Shown: one piece after another, positions 39,847-49,919 of the stretch
How the letters are laid out: every line of letters starts with the position of its first letter
Numbering within the stretch: the first letter of the stretch is position 1
Source of the DNA: Verrucomicrobiales bacterium
Lineage (GTDB): Bacteria > Verrucomicrobiota > Verrucomicrobiia > Verrucomicrobiales > V1-33
Direction: 5' to 3'
NCBI GenBank assembly: GCA_031411295.1
Contig: JANOAV010000087.1
Coordinates: 96,001-160,000 of the forward strand
DNA: 64,000 bases
Program-made: the position numbers and the translations under genes
Notes under the pieces: generated by a model
What the model saw: the letters and a program-made list of their open reading frames with translations, nothing else
Told to the model about the DNA's origin: nothing
Database searches by the model: none

Positions 39847-42800
39847 ATGAACTACTCCCCCTGCTCTTTTCTCGCTGCTTGTGCAGTGAGCGGTCTCCTC
39901 ATTTCTATCTCCCTAGCCGTCCCCGTGGCGGTGGATGATGCCTATAACGCGACGGAGGATAGGCAACTTCAGGCGGTCGGTGCTTCCACGGTTTATCTAG
40001 ATGCGCCATTCGAAACCGGGACCAATCTGGCAACGGGAAATTGGGACTATTTGCAGGTGCCGAATCATCTGGCTACCGTGCCGGGCAATGGCAGCTATCC
40101 GGTGGACGGGGACACGGCGGGCTGGAAAGATGCAGCCTTCAATAAGGCGATTTCAAATATTCCAGGCTGGGCGCAATCGCCCATGCCGATTCAGGGGGGA
40201 GGGGTGGATGGGCTGCCTGGGGCGGCGGTGGTCTTGGATGTTCCCGCCATGACCAGTGGAGCTGGCGGTCAGTATATTTATACGACCTACTTGTTCCGCA
40301 AAGCGATCACGCTGAATGCGGCCCAGGTGGCAGCTGGGCTGACGGCATCGGTGATCTGTGATGATGGCATGGTGCTCTACACCAATGGGACGGAGTCTGG
40401 GCGGGTGAATATGGCTGCGGGCAGTTTCATCAATCCAGCGGGGGCTCCGGCTGGGTTGTCCACGCTGACGGCCACTGCCAGTGGCAATGAAACCGCAACC
40501 AACACGATTGCGATTCCAACGAGTCAATTGGTGGTCGGGGTGAATCAAATCGCGATCGAATTGCACCAGACAGCTACGAGCGCGACTACATTTACCAGTT
40601 CCGATGCGGGTATTGGCGTTTCCATAGCGACGACGGGAGGGGATCCGCAGAGTGGGTTTACGGGAGTAAATGACGCCTTCTTCGGCACGGTGGCGAACAC
40701 TGACTTCAATACGGGACGTTCCTTTGCCTACCAAACAGCGGGCGGTGTGGGCGGCACTGGTGGGGTGGAAGTGTTGGTTGGAGGTAATTTTGTCTTTAAC
40801 GGCAGAGGCAATGCCGGACCGCGGTCTGCTGGTTGGCGACGGACGTTCACCGTCACAGAAACGGGAATGGTAGAGTTGAAATTTAGCCAGCGGATGCTCT
40901 TCGGGAAAGATTATGATCCCGGAGAATGGTCCGAAGTGATCGCAGACATTGATGGAACCCAATACGGCACGATTACGGCCCCGGGAACGCACAAGTCCGT
41001 AGCATTCAAAGAGGGTGACGGCAATGGAGGGAACAATTTCGACTCTGGATTCCTTCCGATCACGCTGCAAATGACGCTCACCGCTGGGACGCACACGCTG
41101 ACATTGGGAGCCTACAACAATACGAGCCAAGGCGGCGGAGGCGGGACCAATGAATCCACCGAGGTCTGGTTCGATAATGTGACGATCAAGACCTTGGGCG
41201 CTGCGCCTGGTGTCCTGGCAAATGATACCGGTAGTCCCACGTCTGCTACGCTGGTGACCGGGCCGGCCCACGGTTCGGTGGTGTTGGCTGCGAATGGAAC
41301 TTTCACTTACACACCTGCCTTGAACTACAACGGCACGGATACTTTTACTTATACTGCCAATGATGCCGGGGGTTCTTCTGCTCCAGCGACGGTCACAATT
41401 ACGATTGCTCCGGTCAATGATCCTCCCGTTGGCTCGCCAGACACACTGACGGTGGACGAGGACGGAAGCGTGCCATTTACCAGTGCCATGCTGCTTGCCA
41501 ATGACACGGATGTAGAGGGCAACACCCTTTCGATCAGCTCGGGGACAAATGTAGCGCATGGCACCATCACGACTTTAGCGCCGAATTCCTTTTCCTATGC
41601 GCCTGCGCCAAATTACTTCGGAACAGACACGTTCACTTATATCGCTACTGACGGCACTGCCAACTCCGCGCCCATTACAGTGACCATCACCGTGGTCCCG
41701 AAACCGGATGCTCCGGTGGCGAGCGGTGAAACTTACACTGTGCCCTATAACGGATCCTTGACGATTTCTGACATTAACGGTTCCTCCGTGAATGAGCAAT
41801 TGATCCTGGGCACGGAGCGGGCTGCCAATGGCCTCGATATTGTGAATGCGGGGTCCGTGTGGAAATATTTCTCCACGGCGGCGGCGCCAGCGGACACGGT
41901 GGCGGTGCCGTGGACGTCCCTGGCCTTTGATGATTCAGCTTGGGGCGAGGGGCCTTCGGAGTTAGGCTATGGCGATGCCCCCGCCACTGCGGAAAACCGC
42001 CCCGAGGCCACGCTGATCCCAGATGACGACATAACTGGATACGCAGGTGGCAGTGTCCCGCGCTATACCACCTCCTATTTTAGAAAGACGCTGAACATCC
42101 CGAACGTTTCCGAGATTACAGCACTCAACCTCCAAGTCCTGCGGGATGACGGCATCGTCTTGTATATCAACAAAACTCCGGCGTTTCGCAGCAACCTTAC
42201 TGCCAATCCCACTTACAGCACTCTCGCGGGTGTCAGCACGAGCCCTGCCAATGAGGCAACGTTTCTGGATGCCTCGGTGCTCGGAACCTCTGGTGAGAGC
42301 GTCAACCTCATCAACGTCGCGCCCGCGCCATCCTTATTGGTGGAAGGTAATAACATTTTTGCGGCTGAAGTGCATAATTCCAGCTCCACTTCCACAGACC
42401 TTAGCTTCGATGTGAAATTCTCCATCACCCGCTTCACCAACCGTGGTTTGCTGCAAAATGATACCGATGCTGATGGCGATGCCCTCACCGCAATCCTTGT
42501 CACCAACGCGGCCCATGGCAACGTGACCGTGAACCCGAATGGTTCGTTTACCTACACCCCCACACCTGGTTATCTGGGCCCTGATTCCTTTACCTATAAA
42601 GCCAACGATGGTTCGTTGGACTCCAACGTGGCCACCGTGAATCTGACGGTGGCCAATGTTGCCAACACAAAGCCAACGGCCGTGGCCAATGCTTACAACG
42701 CCACCGAGGATACCACGCTCACGATTCCGGCCGCTACGGGCGTGCTCATTAATGACACGGACCCGGACAACGATGTCCTTACCGCTTTTCTAGTCACTAA

Positions 42801-45800
42801 TGTCACCAAAGGCACGCTGGCGCTCAGCCCGGACGGCAGCTTCGTTTACACTCCCAACGCCAACTACAGCGGCACAGATACATTCACTTACAAATGTCAG
42901 GACACGGCACTGAATTTCTCGGCCAACAATGCCACCGTGACCATCACCATTGCGCCCGTCAATGATGCTCCGGTGGCGGTGGCGAACGCTTATAACCCGA
43001 TTCCTGGTCAGACTTTAAACATTGCCGCGCCCGGGGTTCTCAGCAACGACACGGACATCGATACGGTGGCGGCAAATCTTACCGCCGTGCTGGTCACGCC
43101 TCCTTCGAGCGGATCGCTGACGTTGAATCCGAACGGTAGCTTCAGCTATACCCCAGCCACCAACGGCACCTTTTCCTTCACCTACAAGGCCAATGATGGA
43201 TCGTTGGATTCCAACGAGGCGACGGTAACCTTGAATGTAAATGGCTTGCCGGTGACAGGCCCGGATTCCTACAGTTTGTCGGAGGACACGGTGCTCAACA
43301 TTTCCGCCCCCGGCCTGCTCAGCAACGACAGTGATCCCGAGGGCTCTGCCATCACGGCGGTGAAATTAACTAATCCTGCCCATGGCAGTGTCGTCGTGAA
43401 CCCAAATGGCAGCTTCACCTATACTCCGGTGGCCAATTACGCTGGCGCTGATTCCTTCACCTATGCCGCCAACGATGGCACGGTGAACTCGCTTCCTGCC
43501 ACGGTAAACCTCACGATCACCAATCTCCCAGACGCTCCCGTGGCGGCAAATGACCTTTACCCTACGGGCTTGGACACGCTTCTGACCATCACAGCTCCCG
43601 GGGTCTTGGGAAATGATGTGGACCCGGATGCGGGCACTGTGCTGACGGCCACGAAGTTGACGGATCCGACTCATGGGGTGCTTAGTTTCAATGCGGATGG
43701 TGCCTTCACCTATCAACCCACCACGGGTTACATCGGCACGGATTCGTTTACCTACTCCGTGAGCGATGGTGGGCTCACTTCCAATACCGCCACGGTCAAC
43801 ATCGATATCTCTGGCAGCGGCAAGGTGATTTCCATTTCGGAATTCATGTTCAGCCCGCCAGGCGGCACCGTGAATGACGAATACATTGAGATCGTGAATA
43901 CGGCAGGCTATTCCGTGAATCTCTCCGGGTGGAAATTCGATTCTGGCATTGATTTCACTTTCCCTGCTGGCACCAGCCTGGCGGGCGGGGCGTATCTGGT
44001 GATTCCGGCCAATCCTACCACCTTCCAGACGAAATATCCGAGCGTCACGAACTACCTCAGCGTCGGCTGGAGCACCACCACTAGCTTGAGCAATCGCCTC
44101 GATACGATTCGTCTGAGCGATAAGACCGGCAACACTATCAGCAAAGTGGACTATGCGAAGGAGGGCGACTGGTCCACCCGCCAGGCGGAAACGGTGGGTT
44201 CCAACACCGGTTGGAAATGGATTGCCGGAGCGGACACGACTGGTCAATCCTATCAGGTGCGCAATCCCAAGCTCAACGTGAACAATGGTCAGAACTGGAT
44301 TTCGGCCGCGCCAAGTCCAGGGGTGGTCAATCCCGCAAACTCCAGCAACCTCGCCCCACTGATCTTCAACGTGAAACATCATCCGGAAGTGCCCAAGGCC
44401 TCGCAGCAAGTCACGGTTAGCTGCACCGTGGAAGATGAAGCCGCGACTGGTATCACCGTGAAATGTTTCTATCGTGCCCTGCTCGCGACGAATCCCCAGC
44501 CAGCGTTTACCAGTATTGACCTTTTCGATGACGGATTACACAAAGATACGCTGGCCAATGACGGTAAATTTGCCGCCTCCCTGCCAATCCAAACCAATGG
44601 CACCGTGGTGGAATTCTATGTGCAAGCCAGCGATGGCACGCTGACCCGCAACTGGCCCGCTCCCGCCGTGAACACGGCTGGCACCGCTACGTTGGCCCAG
44701 GAAGCATCCCCGAATTGCCTCTATCAAGTCAATGAGGAAGCCTGGACCCAGCCGCAGCCGATCTACCGGTTGGTCATGACGCCCGTCGAATCCGCAGCCT
44801 TTACTGCTACCTCTTATAACAAGTCCGAGACCAGCGATACGGACAAAAATATCAGTGTGGTGTTCACCACTGGGCAGGATGCCAATGTGCGGTATTCCTG
44901 TGGTATCCGTTATCGTGGGGCGGGGAGTCGGGGATCTGACTTCAGCTACAATCCCCACAATTGGAAGCTCAGCATTCCCAACGCCACCCCATGGAATGGT
45001 CTGACGAGCTTCAATTTAAACTCCCTTTCTTCCTACGGCCTGGACTTGGGCGGACGGCTCCTCCAATGTGCCCAGTTGCCCGGGGAAGTGGCCACGCCCA
45101 CTGCGGTGCGGCTGAATGGTGCAAACCGCATGGCTGCTGGCACCAACCCAGCACCTGGCACCTACGCGGTTTACAACCTCTACACGCACCAAACCCCCAT
45201 GGGCACGGAGTGGGCTAAATTTACCTTCCCAGCCAATCCTGGCGGAAATATCTACAAAAAATCTGCCTTGGGCAACAATGGTTGGGTGGTCAGCACGAGC
45301 AATCCCGTTTCCACCAATTACCTTTCCGATGGCTGGATCAAGCAATCCAACACCGCAGAGAATAATTGGTCAGATCTGCATACTTTCCTAACCACCGTTC
45401 ATGCCAGTGCCAACACTAGCACCACCCCTTACACCATCAATTTGAACACCTTGGAAACAGTCGCCAACTTGGATCAGTGGGCTCGCTGGTTCGCCTTCAC
45501 GGCCAGTATCAATCACCGTGAGACGAACATCAGCAACGGCATTGATGATGACTACAGCATGTATTTCGGCACCACCGACAAACGCGCTATCCTCCTGGCC
45601 CATGACTTCGATACCATCCTGGGTTCTATTGGTGATACTTCGACCACCGCCACGGATAGCATTTGGCAGGCCTACGGTTATCTCTCGGATGCCCGGAGCT
45701 TTGAGAGCGCGGGCTTCCCATTCTGGACCGGGCTCTTTAATAACAATACCTTTGCCCGGAAATATAAGGCGCAGTTGCGGGACCTGATGAATACGGTGTT

Positions 45801-48800
45801 CTCCCAGACTAGCTTCAACGCCATGGTGGATAATACGTGGGGCACGGATGGTTCCTGGGTGCCGACGACCAAGTCGAATACCATCAAGACATTCATGAAC
45901 AATCGGCGGAACTATATTCTGAGCCAGTTGCCGAGCACGTTCTCGTTCACCAGCACCATTACTCCCAGCGGCGGCGTTTACACCACGACGGATCCGAATG
46001 TCACTGGTCTGAGCGGGGCCATGGACGGGGCGCGCACTGCGAACATTCTCATTAATGGAGTTGCTGCAGCGCTGAACAATCACTCGGATACTTGGACGGC
46101 CACGGGTTCCGCCGTGGGCCTGAAGCCGGGCTACAACACGGTGCTCATCAGAGCGCTGGATGATGCGGGAGCAGAAATCACCCGCCAGTCGCTGACGTAT
46201 TTCTATGACGACGGAAGTGTGGCTAGCGTTTCCGGCAGTATCGCTGCAAACACCACGTGGACCGCAGCGGGCGGACCATACAACGTTACGGCCACGGTCA
46301 CAGTGGCCAACGGAGCCACGCTCACCATCGAGCCAGGCACTACCGTTTACATGGCGGCCAGCACCGGTCTCACCGTGGCGGCAGGCGGCACGCTGATTGC
46401 TCAAGGCACGGAGATCGCACCGATCCGCTTCATGCAACAAACTGGCGTCACCACCAAGTGGACGCAAATTTTAGTCAATGGAAACGCTGGCTCTCCGCAG
46501 ACGAAATTGTCCTATTTGGATATTCAAAACAACGGCAGCATTGCCATCCACACCAGCGGGGCCGATGTTAGTATCGATCACATCACCTTCGGTAATACTG
46601 CGGTGGCTTACATCTCGCTGGACAGCAGTTCATTTACCGTGGCCAACTGTATTTTCCCGACGCCAACGGTAGGTTTCGAACCGGTGCATGGCACTGGCGG
46701 GATCCGTGCCGGTGGTCAGGGGGTCATTCGCGATTGCTGGTTTGGCGCCCCGATCGGTTACAACGACGTGGTGGACTTCACGGGCGGCAATCGTCCCGGA
46801 CCAATCATTCGTTTCTACAACAACGTCTTCACAGGTTCGCAAGACGACATCCTGGACTTGGACGGCACGGATGCCTGGGTGGAAGGGAATCTCTTCATGC
46901 ATTGCCATCGCAATGGAAGCTCGCCAGACAGCTCCAGCGCTGTTTCTGGCGGAAATGATTCCGGCAATACCAGCGAAGTGACCGTGATCCGCAATTTGAT
47001 GTATGACTGCGATGACGCGGTCACGATGAAGCAGGGCAATTCCGCGGTGGTGCTGAACAATACCATCGTTCACACCACCAAGGTGGGCGGCATCGATACT
47101 GCCTCTGCGGCCGAAAATGACGGTGGCACCGGAGTGGTGAATTTGGCTGACGTGGGCATCGCCAGCGGCAACGGCTTCATTGTGGAAAACAACATCATCT
47201 GGGACGCGGAATTCCTCACGCGGAACTACCATGTCGCCACGCCGAACGTGCGTTTCAGCAACAACATCCTGCCCACTGCTTGGAGCGGCCTTCGGAGCGG
47301 AAACATCGTCACAGATCCGCTGCTGAACCTCAGCCTCATTACCACACCCGGCACTGCGACAGAGGCCCAAGTGCGCGCGGCCCTCACCCCGCAAAGCTGC
47401 TCGTCAGCGCTGGGCCGCGGCCTCTACGGCACGGACCTTGGAGCCACGGCCCCCACGGGCATCGTTGTCAGCCGACTCTTCGCAGATCGCACTAGCGATA
47501 CCAGTGCCACCTTCACGGTCGGGCCGGTCGGAAACTTTACCTACGGCACCCCTAACTGGTCCTACGGTTACACCGCCTATCGTTATCGCCTGGATGGCGG
47601 CACCTTGAATGCAGAAACGCCCACCACGACCCCAATCACCCTAACCGGGCTTTCCAACGGCACGCACACCTTGAGCGTCGAAGGGAAACAGGATACTGGC
47701 CTCTGGCAGGATGCCGCACCCACCGTTTACACCTTCACCGTCAACACCGCCCAACCAACCGTCGTGCTCTCCGAAGTGCTGGCGGATAACGTTACCGCCT
47801 ACACGCTCGGAACTACCATGCCGGACTACGTTGAACTCTATAACTACGGCACCGGTGTCATTTCCCTCGCTGGCTACGGGCTGACAGACGATGTCACCAA
47901 GCCGCTGAAATACGTCTTCCCAGCTGGCACCAGCATTCCTGCTGGAGGCTATTTGCTCGTGATTTGCGACAGCCTGGCACCAGTGGGCGGTGAGTTGCAT
48001 ACTGGCTTCAGTTTGAACTCTGGTGGTGAAACCGTCGCCCTCTTTGCCCCGGGAGCAGTCGTCGGAGCTACTCCAGTGGATAGCGTGGCCTTCGGTCCCC
48101 AGTTGCCTAATAAATCCATTGGGCGCACCGCCCCGCTCTATGCATGGAATCTCGGCACGCCCAGTCCGAACGCTGCCAATCTTGCTGACTGTGATATCGG
48201 CAGCCCCATCGGCCTGCGGATCAACGAATGGTTGACTACCAATGACATTACCGTGGCGCACGATTTCATCGAACTCTACAACCCCACCAGCAAGATCGTC
48301 TCCGTGGCCGGCCTTTACCTGACCGATGACATTCTGAATTTTGCTGCGCTGAAAGCCCAAGGAGACAAGCATGTGCAAGCGCTGCCACCGCTCAGCTTCA
48401 TTGCCGCCAATGGTTTTGTTCACCTCTGGACCGACAGCAGCCCCGAAGGTGGTGATCACCTAAACTTCAAGCTCGACGCCTTCCACAACGGCCTCGGTCT
48501 GGCGGACGCCACGGGCAAAATCCTGGACTGTGTCGTGACCTATCCCAACAGCTCCGACCTTTCTATTGGTCGCAGCCCGGATGGAGCCGAGAACTATGCA
48601 ATATTCTCCATCCCGACCCCAGGCTACTCGAACACCACCCCGCTAACCACTGAAACCGCTATCTTCAATTACCTGCGGATCACGGAAATCATGTTTGCAC
48701 CGCAGTCCGGTAAAGCAGAGTTTATCGAGTTCCAAAACACCGGCGGGACCGCAATCACCATCACTGGCGTGCGCTTCACGTCGGGCATCGTCTTCTCCTT

Positions 48801-49773
48801 CCCCACCATGACCCTGGCCGCCGGAGCCTATGCGGTGATCACGGATAACCTAGCCGCCTTCAACGCTCAGTTTCCCGCCGTGACCGCCACCCAGTGGACC
48901 AGTGGCAAACTCTCCAACAGTGGCGAAAATATCCGCTATGAACCAGCCTTGCAGGACATCGGCATCTTGGACTTCGATTACGATGGGGCGTGGTTCCCCA
49001 GCACCGTTGGTCAAGGGGCCTCCCTGCAAATCATTGATCCCGGTGCTGCCCGCAACACTTGGGGCATCAAGGAAAGTTGGCAGGCGGGCGCCCCTAGCCC
49101 GGGCACCGTGCCTGGCTTCGGGGTCATTGCCGGTTTGGATTCCACCGTCGTGCTACCCGCCACCGGTGTCTTCAGTGGCACCCTCTTTCCTGGGATCTAC
49201 AGTTTCAGCGATATCACCCTCCAGTGGAGCAAAGTCAGTGGTCCCGGGACGGTGAATTTTACCGCTCCTAACAGCAGTGCTTCCGATGCCTCCTTCTCCG
49301 CAGCTGGAACCTATGTATTGCGTCTCACCGCCACCGTGGCGGCCGGTCCAGTGTCATCCAATGATCTCACCGTCAATGTCATCGCTGGATACAACTACTG
49401 GATCAGCCAAGCCTACCCTGGCAATACCAATCCCGCCACCATCGGCCAGAATGCGGATCCTGACCAAGATGGCATCCCTAATCTGGTAGAGTTTGCGCTA
49501 AATCTGGATCCCACCAAGAGCAGCACCCACCTGTTGCCGCAGCCTGCCAACCAAGGTGGTCGTCTCTCTTTGACCTATCAGCGCATTACCGCCCCTGGCC
49601 TCAGCTACATCGTGGAACTCTCTGACGAACTCGGCAATTGGCAGCAATACGTGGCCAGTGAAACATTGCTGAATACCAGCGGAAACCTCGAAACGTGGAA
49701 TGCCACGTCTCCTAATCTCATCAGCGCCCAGTCGCACCAATTCATCCGCATCCGAGTCGTGCAATCTCCCTGA
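39847..49773 (+). CDS. Giant (~3300 aa) secreted protein with tandem cadherin-like/Big_9 repeats, lamin-tail domains, CotH kinase-like domain, beta-helix and PKD
   Basis: Repeats of PVA..D.Y...GVL.ND.D...G.F.YTP..NY.G.D.FTY; LTD motifs (ISEFM, LSEVLADN, INEWL, ITEIM...EFIE); CotH-like GIRYRGAGSR...AHDFD; C-terminal ADPDQDGIPNLVEFAL. Confidence 0.88.
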   Translation: MNYSPCSFLAACAVSGLLISISLAVPVAVDDAYNATEDRQLQAVGASTVYLDAPFETGTNLATGNWDYLQVPNHLATVPGNGSYPVDGDTAGWKDAAFNKAISNIPGWAQSPMPIQGGGVDGLPGAAVVLDVPAMTSGAGGQYIYTTYLFRKAITLNAAQVAAGLTASVICDDGMVLYTNGTESGRVNMAAGSFINPAGAPAGLSTLTATASGNETATNTIAIPTSQLVVGVNQIAIELHQTATSATTFTSSDAGIGVSIATTGGDPQSGFTGVNDAFFGTVANTDFNTGRSFAYQTAGGVGGTGGVEVLVGGNFVFNGRGNAGPRSAGWRRTFTVTETGMVELKFSQRMLFGKDYDPGEWSEVIADIDGTQYGTITAPGTHKSVAFKEGDGNGGNNFDSGFLPITLQMTLTAGTHTLTLGAYNNTSQGGGGGTNESTEVWFDNVTIKTLGAAPGVLANDTGSPTSATLVTGPAHGSVVLAANGTFTYTPALNYNGTDTFTYTANDAGGSSAPATVTITIAPVNDPPVGSPDTLTVDEDGSVPFTSAMLLANDTDVEGNTLSISSGTNVAHGTITTLAPNSFSYAPAPNYFGTDTFTYIATDGTANSAPITVTITVVPKPDAPVASGETYTVPYNGSLTISDINGSSVNEQLILGTERAANGLDIVNAGSVWKYFSTAAAPADTVAVPWTSLAFDDSAWGEGPSELGYGDAPATAENRPEATLIPDDDITGYAGGSVPRYTTSYFRKTLNIPNVSEITALNLQVLRDDGIVLYINKTPAFRSNLTANPTYSTLAGVSTSPANEATFLDASVLGTSGESVNLINVAPAPSLLVEGNNIFAAEVHNSSSTSTDLSFDVKFSITRFTNRGLLQNDTDADGDALTAILVTNAAHGNVTVNPNGSFTYTPTPGYLGPDSFTYKANDGSLDSNVATVNLTVANVANTKPTAVANAYNATEDTTLTIPAATGVLINDTDPDNDVLTAFLVTNVTKGTLALSPDGSFVYTPNANYSGTDTFTYKCQDTALNFSANNATVTITIAPVNDAPVAVANAYNPIPGQTLNIAAPGVLSNDTDIDTVAANLTAVLVTPPSSGSLTLNPNGSFSYTPATNGTFSFTYKANDGSLDSNEATVTLNVNGLPVTGPDSYSLSEDTVLNISAPGLLSNDSDPEGSAITAVKLTNPAHGSVVVNPNGSFTYTPVANYAGADSFTYAANDGTVNSLPATVNLTITNLPDAPVAANDLYPTGLDTLLTITAPGVLGNDVDPDAGTVLTATKLTDPTHGVLSFNADGAFTYQPTTGYIGTDSFTYSVSDGGLTSNTATVNIDISGSGKVISISEFMFSPPGGTVNDEYIEIVNTAGYSVNLSGWKFDSGIDFTFPAGTSLAGGAYLVIPANPTTFQTKYPSVTNYLSVGWSTTTSLSNRLDTIRLSDKTGNTISKVDYAKEGDWSTRQAETVGSNTGWKWIAGADTTGQSYQVRNPKLNVNNGQNWISAAPSPGVVNPANSSNLAPLIFNVKHHPEVPKASQQVTVSCTVEDEAATGITVKCFYRALLATNPQPAFTSIDLFDDGLHKDTLANDGKFAASLPIQTNGTVVEFYVQASDGTLTRNWPAPAVNTAGTATLAQEASPNCLYQVNEEAWTQPQPIYRLVMTPVESAAFTATSYNKSETSDTDKNISVVFTTGQDANVRYSCGIRYRGAGSRGSDFSYNPHNWKLSIPNATPWNGLTSFNLNSLSSYGLDLGGRLLQCAQLPGEVATPTAVRLNGANRMAAGTNPAPGTYAVYNLYTHQTPMGTEWAKFTFPANPGGNIYKKSALGNNGWVVSTSNPVSTNYLSDGWIKQSNTAENNWSDLHTFLTTVHASANTSTTPYTINLNTLETVANLDQWARWFAFTASINHRETNISNGIDDDYSMYFGTTDKRAILLAHDFDTILGSIGDTSTTATDSIWQAYGYLSDARSFESAGFPFWTGLFNNNTFARKYKAQLRDLMNTVFSQTSFNAMVDNTWGTDGSWVPTTKSNTIKTFMNNRRNYILSQLPSTFSFTSTITPSGGVYTTTDPNVTGLSGAMDGARTANILINGVAAALNNHSDTWTATGSAVGLKPGYNTVLIRALDDAGAEITRQSLTYFYDDGSVASVSGSIAANTTWTAAGGPYNVTATVTVANGATLTIEPGTTVYMAASTGLTVAAGGTLIAQGTEIAPIRFMQQTGVTTKWTQILVNGNAGSPQTKLSYLDIQNNGSIAIHTSGADVSIDHITFGNTAVAYISLDSSSFTVANCIFPTPTVGFEPVHGTGGIRAGGQGVIRDCWFGAPIGYNDVVDFTGGNRPGPIIRFYNNVFTGSQDDILDLDGTDAWVEGNLFMHCHRNGSSPDSSSAVSGGNDSGNTSEVTVIRNLMYDCDDAVTMKQGNSAVVLNNTIVHTTKVGGIDTASAAENDGGTGVVNLADVGIASGNGFIVENNIIWDAEFLTRNYHVATPNVRFSNNILPTAWSGLRSGNIVTDPLLNLSLITTPGTATEAQVRAALTPQSCSSALGRGLYGTDLGATAPTGIVVSRLFADRTSDTSATFTVGPVGNFTYGTPNWSYGYTAYRYRLDGGTLNAETPTTTPITLTGLSNGTHTLSVEGKQDTGLWQDAAPTVYTFTVNTAQPTVVLSEVLADNVTAYTLGTTMPDYVELYNYGTGVISLAGYGLTDDVTKPLKYVFPAGTSIPAGGYLLVICDSLAPVGGELHTGFSLNSGGETVALFAPGAVVGATPVDSVAFGPQLPNKSIGRTAPLYAWNLGTPSPNAANLADCDIGSPIGLRINEWLTTNDITVAHDFIELYNPTSKIVSVAGLYLTDDILNFAALKAQGDKHVQALPPLSFIAANGFVHLWTDSSPEGGDHLNFKLDAFHNGLGLADATGKILDCVVTYPNSSDLSIGRSPDGAENYAIFSIPTPGYSNTTPLTTETAIFNYLRITEIMFAPQSGKAEFIEFQNTGGTAITITGVRFTSGIVFSFPTMTLAAGAYAVITDNLAAFNAQFPAVTATQWTSGKLSNSGENIRYEPALQDIGILDFDYDGAWFPSTVGQGASLQIIDPGAARNTWGIKESWQAGAPSPGTVPGFGVIAGLDSTVVLPATGVFSGTLFPGIYSFSDITLQWSKVSGPGTVNFTAPNSSASDASFSAAGTYVLRLTATVAAGPVSSNDLTVNVIAGYNYWISQAYPGNTNPATIGQNADPDQDGIPNLVEFALNLDPTKSSTHLLPQPANQGGRLSLTYQRITAPGLSYIVELSDELGNWQQYVASETLLNTSGNLETWNATSPNLISAQSHQFIRIRVVQSP

Positions 49774-49919
49774 GATGCCACGTGGAGGGCGAGGTAACGA
49801 GACCAGCACCATGCAAAGCGAAGGGGATTGGCGAAGCGACTATCAGTCCGCTGCGCTGATCCAGCATGAGCAGCCCAGCGGCTGTTCCACATTCTAACGT
49901 TTTCTTTCTGGAAATGGTC

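Noticed and set aside
41200..43810. Periodic DNA similarity as a CRISPR or other non-coding array
   Set aside because: It is explained by in-frame Ig-like protein repeats; there are no identical short repeats with spacers and no cas genes.
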